IMG/VR virus record: IMGVR_UViG_3300036801_000212
Span: 64,001-120,119 of that record
DNA from: a virus
Lineage: Duplodnaviria > Heunggongvirae > Uroviricota > Caudoviricetes
Length of the DNA: 56,119 nt
Strand: one strand, 5' to 3'
Each line of letters opens with the position of its first letter. Position 1 is the stretch's first letter. Below, one piece after another: positions 55,884-56,119 of this stretch. The position numbers and the translations under genes are program-made. Under the pieces are notes generated by a model. That model had not been told where the DNA came from. It searched no databases and saw only the letters and a list, made by a program, of their open reading frames with translations.

Positions 55884-56119
55884 ATGGCTGAATGTACTGT
55901 CCGAACGCAGGCTGAGCTGGACCGTGCAGTCGCAGACCGGATCGAACGGATTGAGATTCGCTCCGACTCTGGGGTGTGGATCGACGTCACCTCAAGCGAC
56001 TCGTCCACGGTGACGGCCTACGACTCGTCCACGGTGAGGGCCTACGGCTCGTCCACGGTGACGGCCTGCGGCTCGTCCACGGTGACGGCCTACGACTCGT
56101 CCACGGTGACGGCCTACGG
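55884..56119 (+). CDS. octapeptide-repeat (beta-solenoid) protein, truncated by the window end
   Basis: GGAGG RBS; five 24-bp repeats from 55998 encoding (D/G)SSTV(T/R)A(Y/C). Confidence 0.8.
   Translation, partial: MAECTVRTQAELDRAVADRIERIEIRSDSGVWIDVTSSDSSTVTAYDSSTVRAYGSSTVTACGSSTVTAYDSSTVTAY

Noticed and set aside
55998-56119. Diversity-generating retroelement target
   Set aside because: No reverse transcriptase or separate template repeat in the window, and one variable site is C/G rather than adenine.

Overview
The window is most of the genome of a temperate, GC-rich actinobacterial siphovirus. No replication genes are present and the last ORF is cut off by the window end. Left to right: small leftward genes, a GATC-dense non-coding region and decaying endonuclease VII genes (1-5.1 kb); a rightward virion operon (intein-containing TerL, portal, MuF, protease, capsid, tail tube, a second intein, frameshifting chaperones, tape measure, many minor tail proteins; 5.2-37.9 kb); and a lysis region that unexpectedly contains a class F sortase with secreted proteins (37.9-42.5 kb). 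A leftward accessory block follows, with two circularly permuted tRNA-like (YrlA-like) RNAs, a phosphoesterase, a methyltransferase and a TerD/vWA/TerC-like cassette (42.7-48.4 kb). Next are an intact attP (tRNA-Lys CTT 3' part), a tyrosine integrase, two repressors and an excisionase. The standout locus is at 51.9-53.6 kb: a stand-alone Cas7/RAMP-like gene, one accessory gene and five RNA-like units, each made of 9-12 GGC-NN pentamers plus a covarying tRNA-minihelix-like tail. An orphan sixth unit lies beside attP. This looks like an RNA-guided system with a gapped dinucleotide code (VIPR-like). All protein family calls come from motif recognition by eye, not database searches.
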